Part shown: positions 63,694 to 64,000 of the stretch, in pieces
Position numbering within the stretch: the first letter of the stretch is position 1
Layout: the number at the start of each line of letters is the position of its first letter
NCBI GenBank assembly: GCA_002189035.1
Contig: NEEC01000021.1
Location: 1,240,001-1,304,000 of the forward strand
Origin: Utricularia gibba
Lineage: Eukaryota; Plantae; Magnoliophyta
Direction: 5' to 3'
Length of the DNA stretch: 64,000 nucleotides
Program-made: the position numbers and the translations under genes
Notes under the pieces: generated by a model
Told to the model about the DNA's origin: nothing
Databases searched by the model: none
The model's input: the letters and a program-made list of their open reading frames with translations, nothing else

Positions 63694-64000
63694 ATAAACC
63701 GAACCCAACGAGCCTGGAGTGTTCAAATCCGTTCGTGAAGGATTTTGAATAAAAAATAATATTTAAACAATACTACTAAGTTATATTCATATTCTTTCAA
63801 CTAGAAAAAAATATACATTTAAAAAATCATTCGAAATAGATATATCAAAAGATTGAACCTGACGAGCCCTAAAGTCTTCACATTCCTTGGTTAAGGGATT
63901 TGTATATATTCGAATGAAAAATAGTATTAAATAATCTACATTAAGTATGTGTTTGATAATATAGTATAATTAATAATGTATTTGAGTTATTTGTATTTAA

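Overview
Nuclear DNA of a eudicot plant: AT-rich intergenic tracts, spliced genes with GT-AG introns, and no rRNA, tRNA or CRISPR. I rebuilt the exon chains by hand and checked that each complete model sums to a multiple of 3. Left to right: a tandem array of GH1 beta-glucosidase-like genes of the BGLU1-11/Os9BGlu31 (IHENG) type (1-12950; three full copies, the 3' end of a fourth, two relics), APO3, a universal stress protein, an ABCC4/14-type transporter, p23, a CW zinc-finger protein, two CC-type glutaredoxins, a COL13-like B-box/CCT gene, a ucpB-like mitochondrial carrier, GID1B, an extracellular LRR protein and an ATG18g/h-like gene. Seven apparent frameshifts in five genes are each one missing base in a G/C run, which looks like consensus sequencing error rather than pseudogenisation. 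I cannot support a clearly new biological system here. The best leads are the diversifying GH1 array (possible transglucosidases, one with a TVSEA acid/base motif), a GC-rich hairpin in an intron of two GH1 copies, and a few unexplained coding-like or structured islands (27970-29471, 36860-37650, 52260-52710). All family assignments come from motifs and my recollection of homologues; no database searches were run.
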